Source: Oscillospiraceae bacterium
Lineage (GTDB): Bacteria; Bacillota; Clostridia; Oscillospirales; Oscillospiraceae
DNA length: 52,856 nt
NCBI GenBank assembly: GCA_017444195.1
Contig: JAFSXE010000107.1
Coordinates: 1 to 52,856 of the forward strand
Reading direction: 5' to 3'
Shown here: piece by piece, positions 27,189 through 38,100 of the stretch
How positions within the stretch are numbered: the first letter of the stretch is position 1
How the letters are laid out: the number at the start of each line of letters is the position of its first letter
Program-made: the position numbers and the translations under genes
Notes under the pieces: generated by a model
Told to the model about the DNA's origin: nothing
Database searches by the model: none
Seen by the model: the letters and a program-made list of their open reading frames with translations, nothing else

Positions 27189-28841
27189 TTATGCCGCGGG
27201 CTGCGCCGAGCCGTCTTCAATTCCGGCGGAAGCTGCAGGCGTTTGCTCGCTTTCAACGTCAAAGCCCATATCGGCAAGTTCATCCTCCGAAACCGTTTCA
27301 ACATACTGCTCCGGCTGCAATTCCGCATCCTGCGGCGCAGTATCCGCATCCTGCGGCTGCTGCGGCTGCTCGTCCGTTTCCTGCGATTGCGACTGTCCGG
27401 CAATCGCTTCCGGCAGCGGAATGGTGATCGCATCCAGATCATAGTTCAGCGCATACTGCGCTTTGAGCTCATCTACCATGTCGTAGACACGCTCAATCTC
27501 CATGTTCTGCCGTACGACGTCACGCCAGTAGATCGTATCGCCTTCGCCGACAAAGTACATGATGTGGAATCCGTATTCCGTCCGCACCACGCCGCTGTCG
27601 CCCGAAACTCTGCCGTCGGCAAAACACCAATCGTTGAACGCCGCGACCATCTGTCCGGGATAAACGCCCTCGTATAAGCCGCCGTTTGCGGCATTGTCCT
27701 CGGAATGCTCCGAAGCAAGCGCGGCGAACGACTGCTCGGTCTTTTCGCCGTTTTGCCACTCTTGATAGATCTCGTTCGCCTTCGTCTGCGCCGCCGTCCA
27801 GCTCGCTTCGTCAGCCGCGTCTTCCGGACGGATCAGGATGTGCCGCACGGAAACGACGTTTTTATCCACGGTCTGCAGACCCATCTGCTCGTATTCTTCC
27901 TTATGCTCGGCGTAGAACACGTCCAGTTCCGCATCCGAAATTTCGATTTTGTCGCGGCACTGATCCAGATAAGCATTGAAGTAGTAGCCGCCCTCAACAT
28001 AGGCAAGATAGTCTTCCAGCGTAATACCGGCGCCGTAAATGTTTTGCAACTGCTGTTCAATGTCTTCCATATTTTCGAGTTCCTCACGCATGGCGGCGAG
28101 GTTTTCCGCATAGTCGCTCGGCAGCGCAAAGCCATCCGACTTTGCCTTAAAACGAACTGCCGTCTGCTCGCGGAAATGATCCAGCGCAATGGACAGGAAG
28201 TATTCCTGCCACGTCTGCCCGCTCTCCGTCTTGGAGTTTTCCATCGCCGCAGGGTCCATGCCCATCAGCGACAGATAATAGGCGTTCTGATTATAGATGC
28301 TGTAAAAACTGTCCCAGTAGAACAGCGCCAGCGTCGCGTTGGTCAGTTTCTCTTTCTTCGCGCCGATGCCGAGTTTATGCAGCCCGTCGATAAACGCATT
28401 GCCGGTCGGGGCTTTTTCGCAAGTTGCTACGACGTCCTCCATGTGTTCGGTGTTTTCCGCCGTGAAGTTTCTTTCGCTGTCCTGGATCGTGACCCATTGG
28501 GTCGCTGCCGGGTCAACGTTCTTCGGCGCGCTCAAAAAGATCAGCGCCGTAAAAACAAGCGCCAGCGCGAAAAGTCCCAGCAGCACCCACGCGCCCACGC
28601 GACGCGCCGGACTGACCTTTTCCGCCGTCGGGGCGGCCGTTTCGGCAGTTTCCTCCTGCGTTACGGCTTCCGCTTCTTCCGTAACCGCTCCCTGCTCCAC
28701 GGCTCCCGCTTCTTCCGTAACTTCTTCCTGCTCTGCTGCTTCCGTTACTTCCGTAACTTCTTCTGTTTCTTCCTTGCCGCAGGCAGGGCAAACGGTCTGT
28801 TCGTCCTCCATCTCGGCGTTGCAGAACTTGCAATTTTTCAT
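27189..28841 (-). CDS. Membrane-anchored PpiC/parvulin-type peptidyl-prolyl isomerase (PrsA-like) with an N-terminal zinc ribbon and acidic tails
   Basis: CKFCNAEMEDEQTVCPACG, one TM helix, and a rotamase core (VRHILIRPE...GVVRTEYGFHIMYF). Confidence 0.8.
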   Translation of the reverse strand: MKNCKFCNAEMEDEQTVCPACGKEETEEVTEVTEAAEQEEVTEEAGAVEQGAVTEEAEAVTQEETAETAAPTAEKVSPARRVGAWVLLGLFALALVFTALIFLSAPKNVDPAATQWVTIQDSERNFTAENTEHMEDVVATCEKAPTGNAFIDGLHKLGIGAKKEKLTNATLALFYWDSFYSIYNQNAYYLSLMGMDPAAMENSKTESGQTWQEYFLSIALDHFREQTAVRFKAKSDGFALPSDYAENLAAMREELENMEDIEQQLQNIYGAGITLEDYLAYVEGGYYFNAYLDQCRDKIEISDAELDVFYAEHKEEYEQMGLQTVDKNVVSVRHILIRPEDAADEASWTAAQTKANEIYQEWQNGEKTEQSFAALASEHSEDNAANGGLYEGVYPGQMVAAFNDWCFADGRVSGDSGVVRTEYGFHIMYFVGEGDTIYWRDVVRQNMEIERVYDMVDELKAQYALNYDLDAITIPLPEAIAGQSQSQETDEQPQQPQDADTAPQDAELQPEQYVETVSEDELADMGFDVESEQTPAASAGIEDGSAQPAA

Positions 28842-28855
28842 ATCGTTACCTTCCT

Positions 28856-30058
28856 TTATTTCCCGGACGTTTCCCGGTTATACGCTTCCAAACCGAGCGC
28901 CAAAAGATCCATGGCGCGCTCCAAATCGTTCTGATTGAGCACGTACGCGATACGGACTTCGCTCTTGCCGAGTCCCTCGGTTGCATAGAAGCACTGACCG
29001 GGCGCAAACATCACGGTATCGCCGTGATCGTCGAAATGCTCCAGCAGCCAGATTTGGAATTTTTCCGCATCATCCACGGGCAGTTTCGCCATTAAGTAGA
29101 ACGCACCGCCCGGACATTCGCAGACAACACCGGGAATTTCCTTTAACTTGCGCACGACGGTGTCGCGGCGGCGGTGATACTCTTCGCGCACCGACGCAAA
29201 GTAGTCCGCCTCGGTTGAATACAGCGCGGTCGCCGCAATCTGATCGAGCGTAGCAACGCTGAGCCGCGACTGGCAGAACTTCAGCGCATTGGCAATCACG
29301 TCGGCGTTTTTGGAAATCAAGCAGCCGATGCGTGCGCCGCAGGCGGAAAAGCGTTTGGAAACGGAATCGATCAAAATCAGTCGGTCGGCAATATCGTCAA
29401 ACGTACCGAAGGACGAAAGCGGCTCGCCGCCGTAGACGAACTCGCGATAGACCTCATCGGCGATCAGCCAAAGATCGTGTTTTTTGACAAAATCCGCGAT
29501 CAGACGGCGTTCCTCCGCCGTGAGTACCGTTCCGCTGGGATTGCCGGGGTTGGTTAAAAGCAGCGCGCGCGTTTTCGGCGTGAGCGCCGATTCCAAAAGC
29601 GCGGTATCCGCATAGTGATAGCCGCTCTCCGGCGTTGTGGCAACCGGGTGAAGCACGCCGCCGATCTGCGTGGCAAACGTGTGATAGTTGGGATAGAACG
29701 GCTCCGGCACGATGATTTCGTCGTCTCTGCCGAGTACGCAGACCATGGAAATCAGCAGCGCCTCGCTGCCACCGGTTGTGACCAGCACGTCCGACGGCTG
29801 ATAGTTCACGCCGACTTTGGCATAATAATCGCAGACCGCCTTCTGCAGTTCGGGAATGCCGGGCGACGGCGCATAGGCGACAGTCGCTTCGTGAAAGTTT
29901 CGGATCGCCTCAAAAAACGCCGACGGCGTCGGAATATCCGGCTGCCCGATATTCAGATGATAGACCTTTTTGCCCTTTGCCTCCGCCTGAACGGCATAAG
30001 GATGATACTTACGCATCGGCGACTGGGTACAGGTCAATGCCGTCTGAGAAATTTGCAT
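28856..30058 (-). CDS. Class I/II PLP-dependent aminotransferase (aspartate aminotransferase-like)
   Basis: LNIGQPD, NPGNPSG and SVSKRFSACGARIG (PLP lysine). Confidence 0.85.
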   Translation of the reverse strand: MQISQTALTCTQSPMRKYHPYAVQAEAKGKKVYHLNIGQPDIPTPSAFFEAIRNFHEATVAYAPSPGIPELQKAVCDYYAKVGVNYQPSDVLVTTGGSEALLISMVCVLGRDDEIIVPEPFYPNYHTFATQIGGVLHPVATTPESGYHYADTALLESALTPKTRALLLTNPGNPSGTVLTAEERRLIADFVKKHDLWLIADEVYREFVYGGEPLSSFGTFDDIADRLILIDSVSKRFSACGARIGCLISKNADVIANALKFCQSRLSVATLDQIAATALYSTEADYFASVREEYHRRRDTVVRKLKEIPGVVCECPGGAFYLMAKLPVDDAEKFQIWLLEHFDDHGDTVMFAPGQCFYATEGLGKSEVRIAYVLNQNDLERAMDLLALGLEAYNRETSGK

Positions 30059-31206
30059 CAGACGCCCTCCTTCGGTTTGTTTCCTTCTCCGCCGCGGTGT
30101 CCGCGGTGACGGCGGCGGCGCGGTTTCTCATTTTTCTTTTCTTCCGGCTCGGAAGGCGCGCCTTCCATCGGCGCGTCGCTCTTCTTGCTGCGGAAACGGA
30201 GTTCCGGCATCGGCGCATCCTTCGGCACGGCGGCTTTCTTGGGTGCGCCGGAAATCGGCGCAAAATCCGCCGGAATCGGCTCGTCCGTCTTTTTCGCCTT
30301 GCCGTTGCGAATAACGTAAATATCGGCAACCTTGCAAGTCACAAACGTGTCCGGCGACTTTTCCAGCTGCACGCGAACGCTCTGCCGCAGCAGGTTGATA
30401 TCCGTCACCGTGCCGCGCCCCGACGGCGTATCCACGAACGAATCGGGCTTCGGCACAGTCTTGATCAGATCCTCATAGGCGTCCTGCTCGTACTTCAGAC
30501 AGCACATCAGTCTGCCGCAGGTGCCGGAAATCTTTGTGGGATTGAGGCTGAGGTTTTGCGTCTTTGCCATTTTGATCGACACCGGCTGGAAATCGTCCAA
30601 AAACGCCTTGCAGCAGAACGGTCTGCCGCAGATGCCGAGTCCGCCGACCATTTTCGCCTTGTCGCGCACGCCGATCTGACGCAGTTCAATGCGCATGTGG
30701 AACGAGGACGCCAAACTCTTGACCAGTTCACGGAAATCCACGCGCTCGTCCGCCGTGAAGAAGAACAGCAGTTTGCTGCCGTCAAAAACGCACTCTGTGG
30801 AAACGAGCTGCATATCGAGTTTCATTTCCTCGATCTTCTTTTGGCAGACGCCGAACGCCTCTTTTTCCAGCGCGATATTCTCCTCGCGGCGGCGGCGGTC
30901 TTTATCCGTCGCCAGGCGAAGCACCTTCCGCAGCGGCTGCACGATCTCCGATTCGGGTACGTCGTGCTTTCCCGCCGAGCAGACGCCGAAATCTTCGCCG
31001 CGCGCCGTATCCACGATCACCGCGTCGCCGACGTTGATCTGCAGTTTGTCCGGCGAGAACGAATAATCCTTGCCGTCCTCGCGAAAGCGCACGCTGACAA
31101 CCGTGACCGGCACGGCATTCGTTTTCTTCTCTTCAGGCGCACACCCGCCGCACGCTTCGCACGCGCCTTCGCACGGGCAGGGCTGCGCTTTGTTCAGTTC
31201 TTCCAT
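30058..31206 (-). CDS. ricT: PSP1-domain protein RicT (YaaT) with a basic C-terminal extension
   Basis: GTCGRLMCCLKYE and CGRPFCCKAFL cysteine motifs. Positioned after holB, as in Bacillus. Confidence 0.85.
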   Translation of the reverse strand: MEELNKAQPCPCEGACEACGGCAPEEKKTNAVPVTVVSVRFREDGKDYSFSPDKLQINVGDAVIVDTARGEDFGVCSAGKHDVPESEIVQPLRKVLRLATDKDRRRREENIALEKEAFGVCQKKIEEMKLDMQLVSTECVFDGSKLLFFFTADERVDFRELVKSLASSFHMRIELRQIGVRDKAKMVGGLGICGRPFCCKAFLDDFQPVSIKMAKTQNLSLNPTKISGTCGRLMCCLKYEQDAYEDLIKTVPKPDSFVDTPSGRGTVTDINLLRQSVRVQLEKSPDTFVTCKVADIYVIRNGKAKKTDEPIPADFAPISGAPKKAAVPKDAPMPELRFRSKKSDAPMEGAPSEPEEKKNEKPRRRRHRGHRGGEGNKPKEGV

Positions 31207-31218
31207 AATGGCTCCCTT

Positions 31219-32166
31219 CTATCGCATCTGCGTGGCAAGCCAGCCGCAGATGTGTCCGACGCCGACGTTGGCATCCGCCGCAGCAAGCGCCTGTTCCACG
31301 ATTCGGCAGGCGCTGAGCAGTTCCGCCGCCGTGCGCGTTTCGGAGAGTTTCTCCCCCGACGCCACGGCGCGTCTGCCGTACTTTGCGGCAAGTCCGTCGG
31401 CAAGCATCTTCCGCAGCGCGTCCAGCGTCGCGATAAGCTGCTCCCGTTTCAGTTTTTCCATGCGGAACAGTCGTTCCGTCAGCGCGTAGCGATCCCGGTC
31501 GGCATACGCCGCCGCGAGTACGCGCGCATTTTCATCCGTTTCTCCGTGCAGCAGCTGCGCCGCCGCGCCGAGATAGCCGCCGGCGCGGGCATACGCGCCG
31601 CTGAGCATGGCGTCATCCGCGCCCTTTGCGTTTTGGCGAAGCCAGTCCATCGCCTCCGCTTCCGGCACGGGCAGAAGCGTCAACTCCGACGAACGGGAAC
31701 GGATCGTCGGCAGCAGCTGCTCCGCCTGCGCGGTCAGCATCAGAAACACGCCGTATTCCGGCGGCTCCTCGATAACCTTCAAGAGCGCGTTCTGCGCTTC
31801 CCTGCCGAGCAGGTGCGTCGGCGGAAAGACGTAGATTTTCTTTTTCCCCTCGTTGGGACGAACATAGAGGTCGTTTTTTACCCAGCGCGCCTCGTCCACG
31901 GAGATCCGCTTCTTATCGCGCTTTCCCAGCCAAACGACGTCCGGATGCGTACCGGCAAGCACTTTTTTGCATTGGCGGCAGGCAAGGCACGGCTTGTCGC
32001 CGTCCGCCGTGCATTCCAGCGCGGCGGCAAGCAGCGTGGCGAGCGTGCGTCTGCCGGAGCCCTCCGGACCGACGAGCAGATAACTCTGCGCGGTCTTGCC
32101 GGACGCCAGCGCGGCGGTCAAACGGCGTTTGAGTTCCTCGTTGCCGCGCAGCGATTTTAGCCCCAT
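31219..32166 (-). CDS. holB: DNA polymerase III subunit delta prime
   Basis: SYLLVGPEGSGRRTLA, CxxCxxC (CLACRQCKK), and ALLKVIEEPP. Start at MGLKSL is preferred over the upstream ATG at 32196. Confidence 0.85.
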   Translation of the reverse strand: MGLKSLRGNEELKRRLTAALASGKTAQSYLLVGPEGSGRRTLATLLAAALECTADGDKPCLACRQCKKVLAGTHPDVVWLGKRDKKRISVDEARWVKNDLYVRPNEGKKKIYVFPPTHLLGREAQNALLKVIEEPPEYGVFLMLTAQAEQLLPTIRSRSSELTLLPVPEAEAMDWLRQNAKGADDAMLSGAYARAGGYLGAAAQLLHGETDENARVLAAAYADRDRYALTERLFRMEKLKREQLIATLDALRKMLADGLAAKYGRRAVASGEKLSETRTAAELLSACRIVEQALAAADANVGVGHICGWLATQMR

Positions 32167-32253
32167 ACCGTCGCCCCCAATCAAACACTCACCCATTTTT
32201 TCGTATTATTATAGCAAATTTTAATCGGTAAATCTACCCTTTTTTCAAAATAG

Positions 32254-32279
32254 AAAAAAGGAGGCGTTTGCCTCCTTTT
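32254..32279 (-). terminator. Intrinsic terminator after spoVT
   Basis: aggaggc / gcctcct stem followed by a T run on the minus strand. Confidence 0.6.
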
Positions 32280-32822
32280 TTAAGACTCCATCTGCCGACC
32301 GAGAAAGCCGGCAACCGTCTGCGTCAGTTTCTGTTCCGCCTCGCCGAGCGGCGCGTCGTTTTCCGTCAAAAGCAGCATCACGCTGCCCATCAGATCGCCC
32401 TCGGAGAGGATCGGCGACGCCGCGCCGATATAGTATTTCTCCACGCCCTCCGCCGCCGGGATCTTCGTCGTGCCCTCGCGGTAGAGATAGTGCTTGCGCT
32501 GCTCCATCATTTCGTCGAGCGCTTTCGTATTGCCCTTTTCAAACAGTTCCTTTTTCGGCGCGCCGGAAACGGCGATAATGCAGTCCCGATCGGCAACCGC
32601 CGCAATGTGTCCGGCGTTGCGCCCAATGGACTCGCACATCTGTGCCGCAAAAGAAGAAAGTTCTCCCATCGGCGAATACTTTTTGAAGATGACCTCGCCG
32701 TCGCTCTCGGTGTAGATTTCCAATGGGTCGCCTTCGCGGATGCGGAGGGTGCGGCGGATCTCTTTCGGGATGACGACTCTGCCCAGATCGTCGATCCGGC
32801 GGACGATTCCTGTTGCTTTCAT
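32280..32822 (-). CDS. spoVT: Stage V sporulation protein T (AbrB-type N-terminal domain plus GAF-like domain)
   Basis: MKATGIVRRIDDLGRVVIPKEIRRTLRIREGDPLEIY. Confidence 0.9.
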   Translation of the reverse strand: MKATGIVRRIDDLGRVVIPKEIRRTLRIREGDPLEIYTESDGEVIFKKYSPMGELSSFAAQMCESIGRNAGHIAAVADRDCIIAVSGAPKKELFEKGNTKALDEMMEQRKHYLYREGTTKIPAAEGVEKYYIGAASPILSEGDLMGSVMLLLTENDAPLGEAEQKLTQTVAGFLGRQMES

Positions 32823-32892
32823 GTGCCAAATACTCCCTTTGCTTCTGATTTTGCATCGGTAGTATCTGCGATATTTGGGAGATTATGCAACG

Positions 32893-32931
32893 AAAAAGCG
32901 GTCATCCTCAAAAAGAAGATGACCGCTTTTG
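32893..32931 (-). terminator. Intrinsic terminator after the SLH-domain ORF
   Basis: 13-bp stem aaaagcggtcatc / gatgaccgctttt. Confidence 0.65.
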
Positions 32932-33058
32932 TTATATGTTATTTTTTGTTATATGCGCGATAGAGGAACGTGACGATCTGCGCACGCGTGACTGTTGCAT
33001 TCGCAATGGGCGTAAATCCAAATGGGATTTCCGCCCTTTTGCTAAAACGGTTTTTTGG

Positions 33059-35131
33059 TCAGTTCCACGTCTCCGCGCCGTCTTCTTTGGTGAAGTCGTG
33101 CGCGTTGCTTGCCTCGACCACGTCGAAGTAGTACCACTTCGACGCATCCTGCAAATCGGTGAACTGCTCGATCTTATCGGGGTTGGCATGGACATGCGCT
33201 TCATCGGCGGTGCGGCCGATCATGCGGTTCACGATAGCCGCAACTTCCGCACGCGTGATGTTGCCCGTCGGGACAAACGTTCCGTCCGCGTAGCCATCGA
33301 CCCAGCCGTATGCCGCAGCCGTTGCGATATTGCCGTATGCCCAGTAGGTTTCGGGCACGTCGGTGAATTCCGCTTTGCCCTCAGCCGTGTTTGCCAGGCG
33401 CGTTGCAATCGTAGCAAACTCCGCACGGGTGATGCTGCGCGCCGGCTCGAAGGTATCGCCGTCAACGCCCTTGATCACGCCGATGTTCGCCAGCGCATTG
33501 ACCGCCTCGGCATACCATGCGCCGTTCGGCACGTCCGCAAACGATGCGGTGATCGTCACGTCCTTGTTCTTCAGCAGACGGTAGAAGATCATTGCAACTT
33601 CCGCGCGCGTGATATTGCCCTGCGGCTTCACGGTGCCGTCCGTATAACCGGAAATATAGGCGCCGTGCACGTCGCAGATCAGCCAATCCGCAACGCCGGT
33701 TTCTTCCGCCGACAGGCGCACCTTGCTGAACGTTGCCTTGACCGTTACCGCGCTGTTGGGCATGGTGATCGTGCGGCTGCTGCCCGATTTGGACACGCTG
33801 ATTTCCTTGCCGTTTGCATCGGTTACGACGATGTTCTTCAACTGATAGCCGTCCTCCGGCGTGACCGTGAAGGTGACCGTTGCGCCGGCGAACGCCGTGC
33901 TCTTATCCGCCTTCACGCTGCCGTGTGCGGCGCTCGATACCGTAACGGGATACTGCGCTGCGACGCTGCCGCCGCCACCGCCGCCGGTGTGGGAAGCCGC
34001 TTTCAGGCAGAAGCCGTCGCCTGCCGCGGCAGAAACAGCCGTCTTGGTATCCACCGTTTCGCCGGCGAGATCATGCCACGTGCCGGCATACGCTTTCAAA
34101 ACGTTGAATTCGTTTTTCACGGACCATGCCGCATCCGCTTTCGTTGTGCTTGCGGCATGATTCGTGTAGAACGTCACGTTGGCAAAGTCGATCGTTCCGG
34201 GCAGCGCATAGCCCAGGACGTTGGTATGATCCTCGGCTGCGTCGCTTGAACGGAACACAACCGTGTCATCCAGGAAGAGTTTGTAGTAGTCTTCTTCGCT
34301 GACCGTCCAAGTGAAGCTCACGCTGTCAAACACGTCGGGGTCATCCGCGTCCGCATTTTGGACGCCTGCCGCAGCGCCGTCGCGCCACAGGTTGATGCTG
34401 ACCGTGACCGCCGTGCCGGGCAGCAGTTTCGCAGGATCAAAGAACGCCGCGTCCGCTTCGGTATCGACAGCAACGCTGTTGAACTGCGCCATGCTGTTCG
34501 CGCCGAGTTTCACCTGCTTGCTCACCGCCGCGCCGTTGTTGATTGCGCCGTCCGCATCGGGCGCCTGATACTTCAGGGTGATGTCACCGGCAGTATCCGC
34601 ACCGTAGGCAGCGGTGTCAAACAGCGTCTTGTAGTTGACATAGACGGTATCTTCCGCGCCGTCGATCAGGGTGCTGTCGGTCGCGCTCGTGATCGTCTTT
34701 TCAACGGAGAGATTCGAGGCATACGCCGTTTCGGGCGCGACGACCGTCTCATGATCGCCCAGCAGCTTGCCGCCGAAGGGCTCGATGACCGGCACGACCG
34801 CGATGGCGAAGTTCTCGCCCAGCGTGCATTCGCCGGTGCGCAGCTCAGAGCGGAAGGTGCTGCCGCCGACCTGATCGTTCGCCGCAGCAAGCGTGCCGGC
34901 GTCTTCGCCGTTCACCTTGTGCAGGCTCAGCCACAGCGGATTTTCGATGTGATTCATACCGGTTTCGGCATCGGTCTGCGTGTTAAACGAGCCGATGACG
35001 TTCTCGGTATCCGCGAGCAGCGCCGCAAGCGTCGGCACCGCCGCCGTCGCGTTATCGGTCGTCTTGTAGTCCGCGCCGCCGACCTTGACGGCAACGATCT
35101 TCACGTCCGCCAAATAACTGTTCTGCGGCAC
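33059..35131 (-). CDS. C-terminal segment of the giant surface protein: Ig-like and InlB-B-type repeats plus three SLH cell-wall-anchor repeats. No signal peptide or SD of its own.
   Basis: SLH repeats (FADVPNGAWYAEAVNAL..., FTDVPETYWAYGNIATA...). The ORF is in the same frame as 35144-40795, separated from it only by TAG at 35144-35146. Confidence 0.8.
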   Translation of the reverse strand: MPQNSYLADVKIVAVKVGGADYKTTDNATAAVPTLAALLADTENVIGSFNTQTDAETGMNHIENPLWLSLHKVNGEDAGTLAAANDQVGGSTFRSELRTGECTLGENFAIAVVPVIEPFGGKLLGDHETVVAPETAYASNLSVEKTITSATDSTLIDGAEDTVYVNYKTLFDTAAYGADTAGDITLKYQAPDADGAINNGAAVSKQVKLGANSMAQFNSVAVDTEADAAFFDPAKLLPGTAVTVSINLWRDGAAAGVQNADADDPDVFDSVSFTWTVSEEDYYKLFLDDTVVFRSSDAAEDHTNVLGYALPGTIDFANVTFYTNHAASTTKADAAWSVKNEFNVLKAYAGTWHDLAGETVDTKTAVSAAAGDGFCLKAASHTGGGGGGSVAAQYPVTVSSAAHGSVKADKSTAFAGATVTFTVTPEDGYQLKNIVVTDANGKEISVSKSGSSRTITMPNSAVTVKATFSKVRLSAEETGVADWLICDVHGAYISGYTDGTVKPQGNITRAEVAMIFYRLLKNKDVTITASFADVPNGAWYAEAVNALANIGVIKGVDGDTFEPARSITRAEFATIATRLANTAEGKAEFTDVPETYWAYGNIATAAAYGWVDGYADGTFVPTGNITRAEVAAIVNRMIGRTADEAHVHANPDKIEQFTDLQDASKWYYFDVVEASNAHDFTKEDGAETWN

Positions 35132-35143
35132 CGTGAACTCAAA

Positions 35144-38100
35144 CTATGCGCTGTCGCCGTTGGGATAGACGGCAATATACTGATAGCTTTCCGCTTCGTC
35201 CGCCGTCTTGACAACGCCGCCGGAACGGTTGACAAACACAGAAGGAGCAGGACGGGCGTTGAGCTGATCGAGCGGCAGGAGCAGATCGTAGTTGTTGCCG
35301 TTGCCCTTGACGCGGAAGCGCATCACGTGCTGCCAGCTTTCGGCGCTCGTGGTCTTGGTGTTCTGCGCGCCGCCCTGCACGCAGACGTTGAGGTTTGCAT
35401 CGGCAGTATCCTCGGAAACCAGTTTGAAGTTCGGGAAGCTGCCGATCGAAACGTTCATCGCCGGGAAGTTCGCCGGGTTCGTGCTGCCGATCGAACGCTG
35501 GGCAACGTGCGTTACCGCGCCGGTCGTGCCGTCGATCTCCAGCGTCTTGTCGGTCATATACTGATCGTACTTGATCGAGGTGTTGATCGCATAGGTCACC
35601 GCGTAGTCGTATTCCTCCAGAGACTTCGCGTAGCTATCCGTGCCGGCGTCGTCCGCCTCAACCAGTTCGGTCAGCGCCATATCGAGCGCGGTATAGAAGC
35701 CGTTCTCGGCTTTTGCCGTCAGCAGATAGGCTTTTGCATGGATGCCGAATGCCTCGTGCATCGAGGTCAGATCATAGACCGTGAGCACGCCGAACGGAGC
35801 GTGCGTGAAGTGCATCTGCGCCACGTCCACGCTGCCGGTCGCCGAAGCGATACCGTCCGCTTCGCCGTTGCCGTCCACAATTTTGTAGTTCAGCGCGGCA
35901 ACCTTGTCGCCTGCGGCTGCAATGGTGTCGTCCGTCTTCAGCAGACGCGCCGCCGCAACGGCAATGCTCTTGTTCTCGCCCTTGTTCTTATCGGCATAAT
36001 CGCCCGCAAGTTCCAGATGCATGGCGTTCTCGCCGGTCGGATCAAGATAGTTATACAGCGCCGTGCCCGCTTTCTTCGTGAACTGGTCGGGCGTTGCCGG
36101 CGCAGCCGTCGTCAGCGCGGTAATGTACTTCGCAGCGGCAGTCACGTCGCCGCTTTCAACCGTCTGGGCAACGAGCGCGGTCGTGCCGTCGTAAATCTTA
36201 TCGAAGTCGCCGGTGTCTTTCAGCGTCACTTCGCGCGGCTCCACGTCGAGATAGAAGCGCACGCCGGTAACGACCCACTGGAATTCTTCTTCGCCGCTCC
36301 ACGCAGATGCGCGTCCTGCAACGCTGGTCTCGGTGGTGTAGTACAGACCGTAGTAATCCACCGTCACCGTGTAGTAATCCACGCCGTAGAATTCACAGGC
36401 GGGCAGGACGTCGTAAATCCGCTCCGTGAGTTCGGAGATCTTGTTGGCAACCGTGTTCTTCGCCGTCGTATCCGTAAACTTGACGGCAGCAACTTCGGTA
36501 TCGCCCGCCATGACGGTAATCACGTAGAGGTCGCCCTTATAGGCGTCGCCGTCAATGAGGTCCGCCGTATACGCGCTGTTCGGCGCAGCCGTTACTTTGT
36601 TGCCGTAAGGTGTATCGCCGGAGATCTTATCGCCCTTCACCACGCGCCAGCCGAGGTCGTTGCGCGTCAGTTTGCCGCTGATCTTGAGATCCTCGGCATA
36701 GACGGAACGGATGGTGTTTTCCTCGCTCTTTTTCGCGTAGTTCGGACCGGGGTAGCCGGAGGTGACCGGCTCGCTCGCGAAGGCTGCCGACGCAAAGGTT
36801 GCAGACTTGCCGGCGTCGGTATTGACGTCCGCCTGCGTGCCCACGTACTTCACCGTGATATCCATTGCGCCGGGGATCACGTTGACGCCGCTCGGAGCAG
36901 GATCGGGATCGACTTCCTGATTGCGGTAGGCAATCGCGCCGTTTGCGCCTTTATAATAGGTATTCTGCACGTCGCCGTCCGACGTCTTCTGGTCCACCGC
37001 GCTCTGTCCGTCGTTCTGGCAGAGGTAGTTGTTCATGTTCTTCGAGCCGTAAGCAACGGTCGCACGGTCGAAGTCCGTATACTGATCCTGCGCGCCCGTG
37101 AGATCGCCGAAGAGGTTGAACTCCCACTGCAGATCGCGCTGCAGCGGCGTGGCGGCATTGATCATCAGGTGTTCATCGTTGCCCCACTTCTCGCCGTGTC
37201 CGGCGTCGAAGGAGAACGCGCCGTAGACCTGTTCGTCATTCTGACCTTCCACAAAACGGGTGAACTTGTGGTCCTGCACCTTGGTCGGCTCATAGACCGT
37301 GTCCGTCGCCTGGTCGATGGCGAGATCCGCCTGCTCGATCAAAACGTAATAGGTATTGTACTTGTAGGCAGCGGTATACTTGCCGTCCGCGCCGTACTGC
37401 CAATCCAAAACGCGCTCGTAGACCGTATAGAGACCGGCGTTCTTGACCTGGATCTTGTCAAAGTCGGCGTAGTTGCCGAGCCATGCGCTGTACGCAGTCG
37501 CGTCCGCATATGCCGCACCGCCGAAAACCTTGCCGGCATCGGCAAAATAGGTCGTGCGATCCGCGCTGTCCGCACCGCCGAGCAGCCAGTTGTTGGCGTT
37601 GGCGTACGGCGTGGTCAGCGCAAACTCCGCCGGGGCGGCGGAGCCGTCCTTGTTCGTGACCTTGTTATCCTTGAAGGTATGATACGGCGTGTAAAGCACC
37701 GCATAGGTGGCGTTCCAATCGTCGTTGAAATCAAAAAGCGCCGTCAGTTTATGGGTCTTATTATCGTAGGTGGTAAACTTGACGGTCTTGACGTCCTTAT
37801 AGTCGCCTGCCGCGCCGACAAACTGCGTGTTCTTCTGTTCGCCGGCAACGTTCAGCTCCGTGGTGATCGGATCGGAAACCGAGCCCGGATCATAGGAAAC
37901 CAGAACGTTGTTGCCGCCGGCAACGATTGCGCCGTCCGCATTGGTCTGATTCGTGAGCGAAACGGTATTGATCTTGTCCTGCGGAACGTCGATCGCCGCC
38001 CAGTCGGTATCCGTATCGCCGCCGTAATTCGTCATCTTATCGGAGGCAGTCTTCGTATAGTACGCTTTGAGCGTCAGCGTGTTGAGAACGTCGCCTTCCG

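Noticed and set aside
27300-28760. Repetitive acidic-coding stretches in the PpiC foldase gene, and the Thr/Glu/Pro repeats at 44920-45030, as possible arrays
   Set aside because: They are in-frame low-complexity linker regions of clear coding sequences. They are not spacer-repeat structures, and no CRISPR-like array exists in the window.
35144-35146. Pyrrolysine or a reassigned TAG as the explanation for the in-frame stop
   Set aside because: TAG terminates ordinary genes here, such as the SDR gene at 15186-15188 and the FemAB-family gene. No pyl genes are seen in the window. The second interrupted gene uses TAA. Mutation or sequencing error is more parsimonious.
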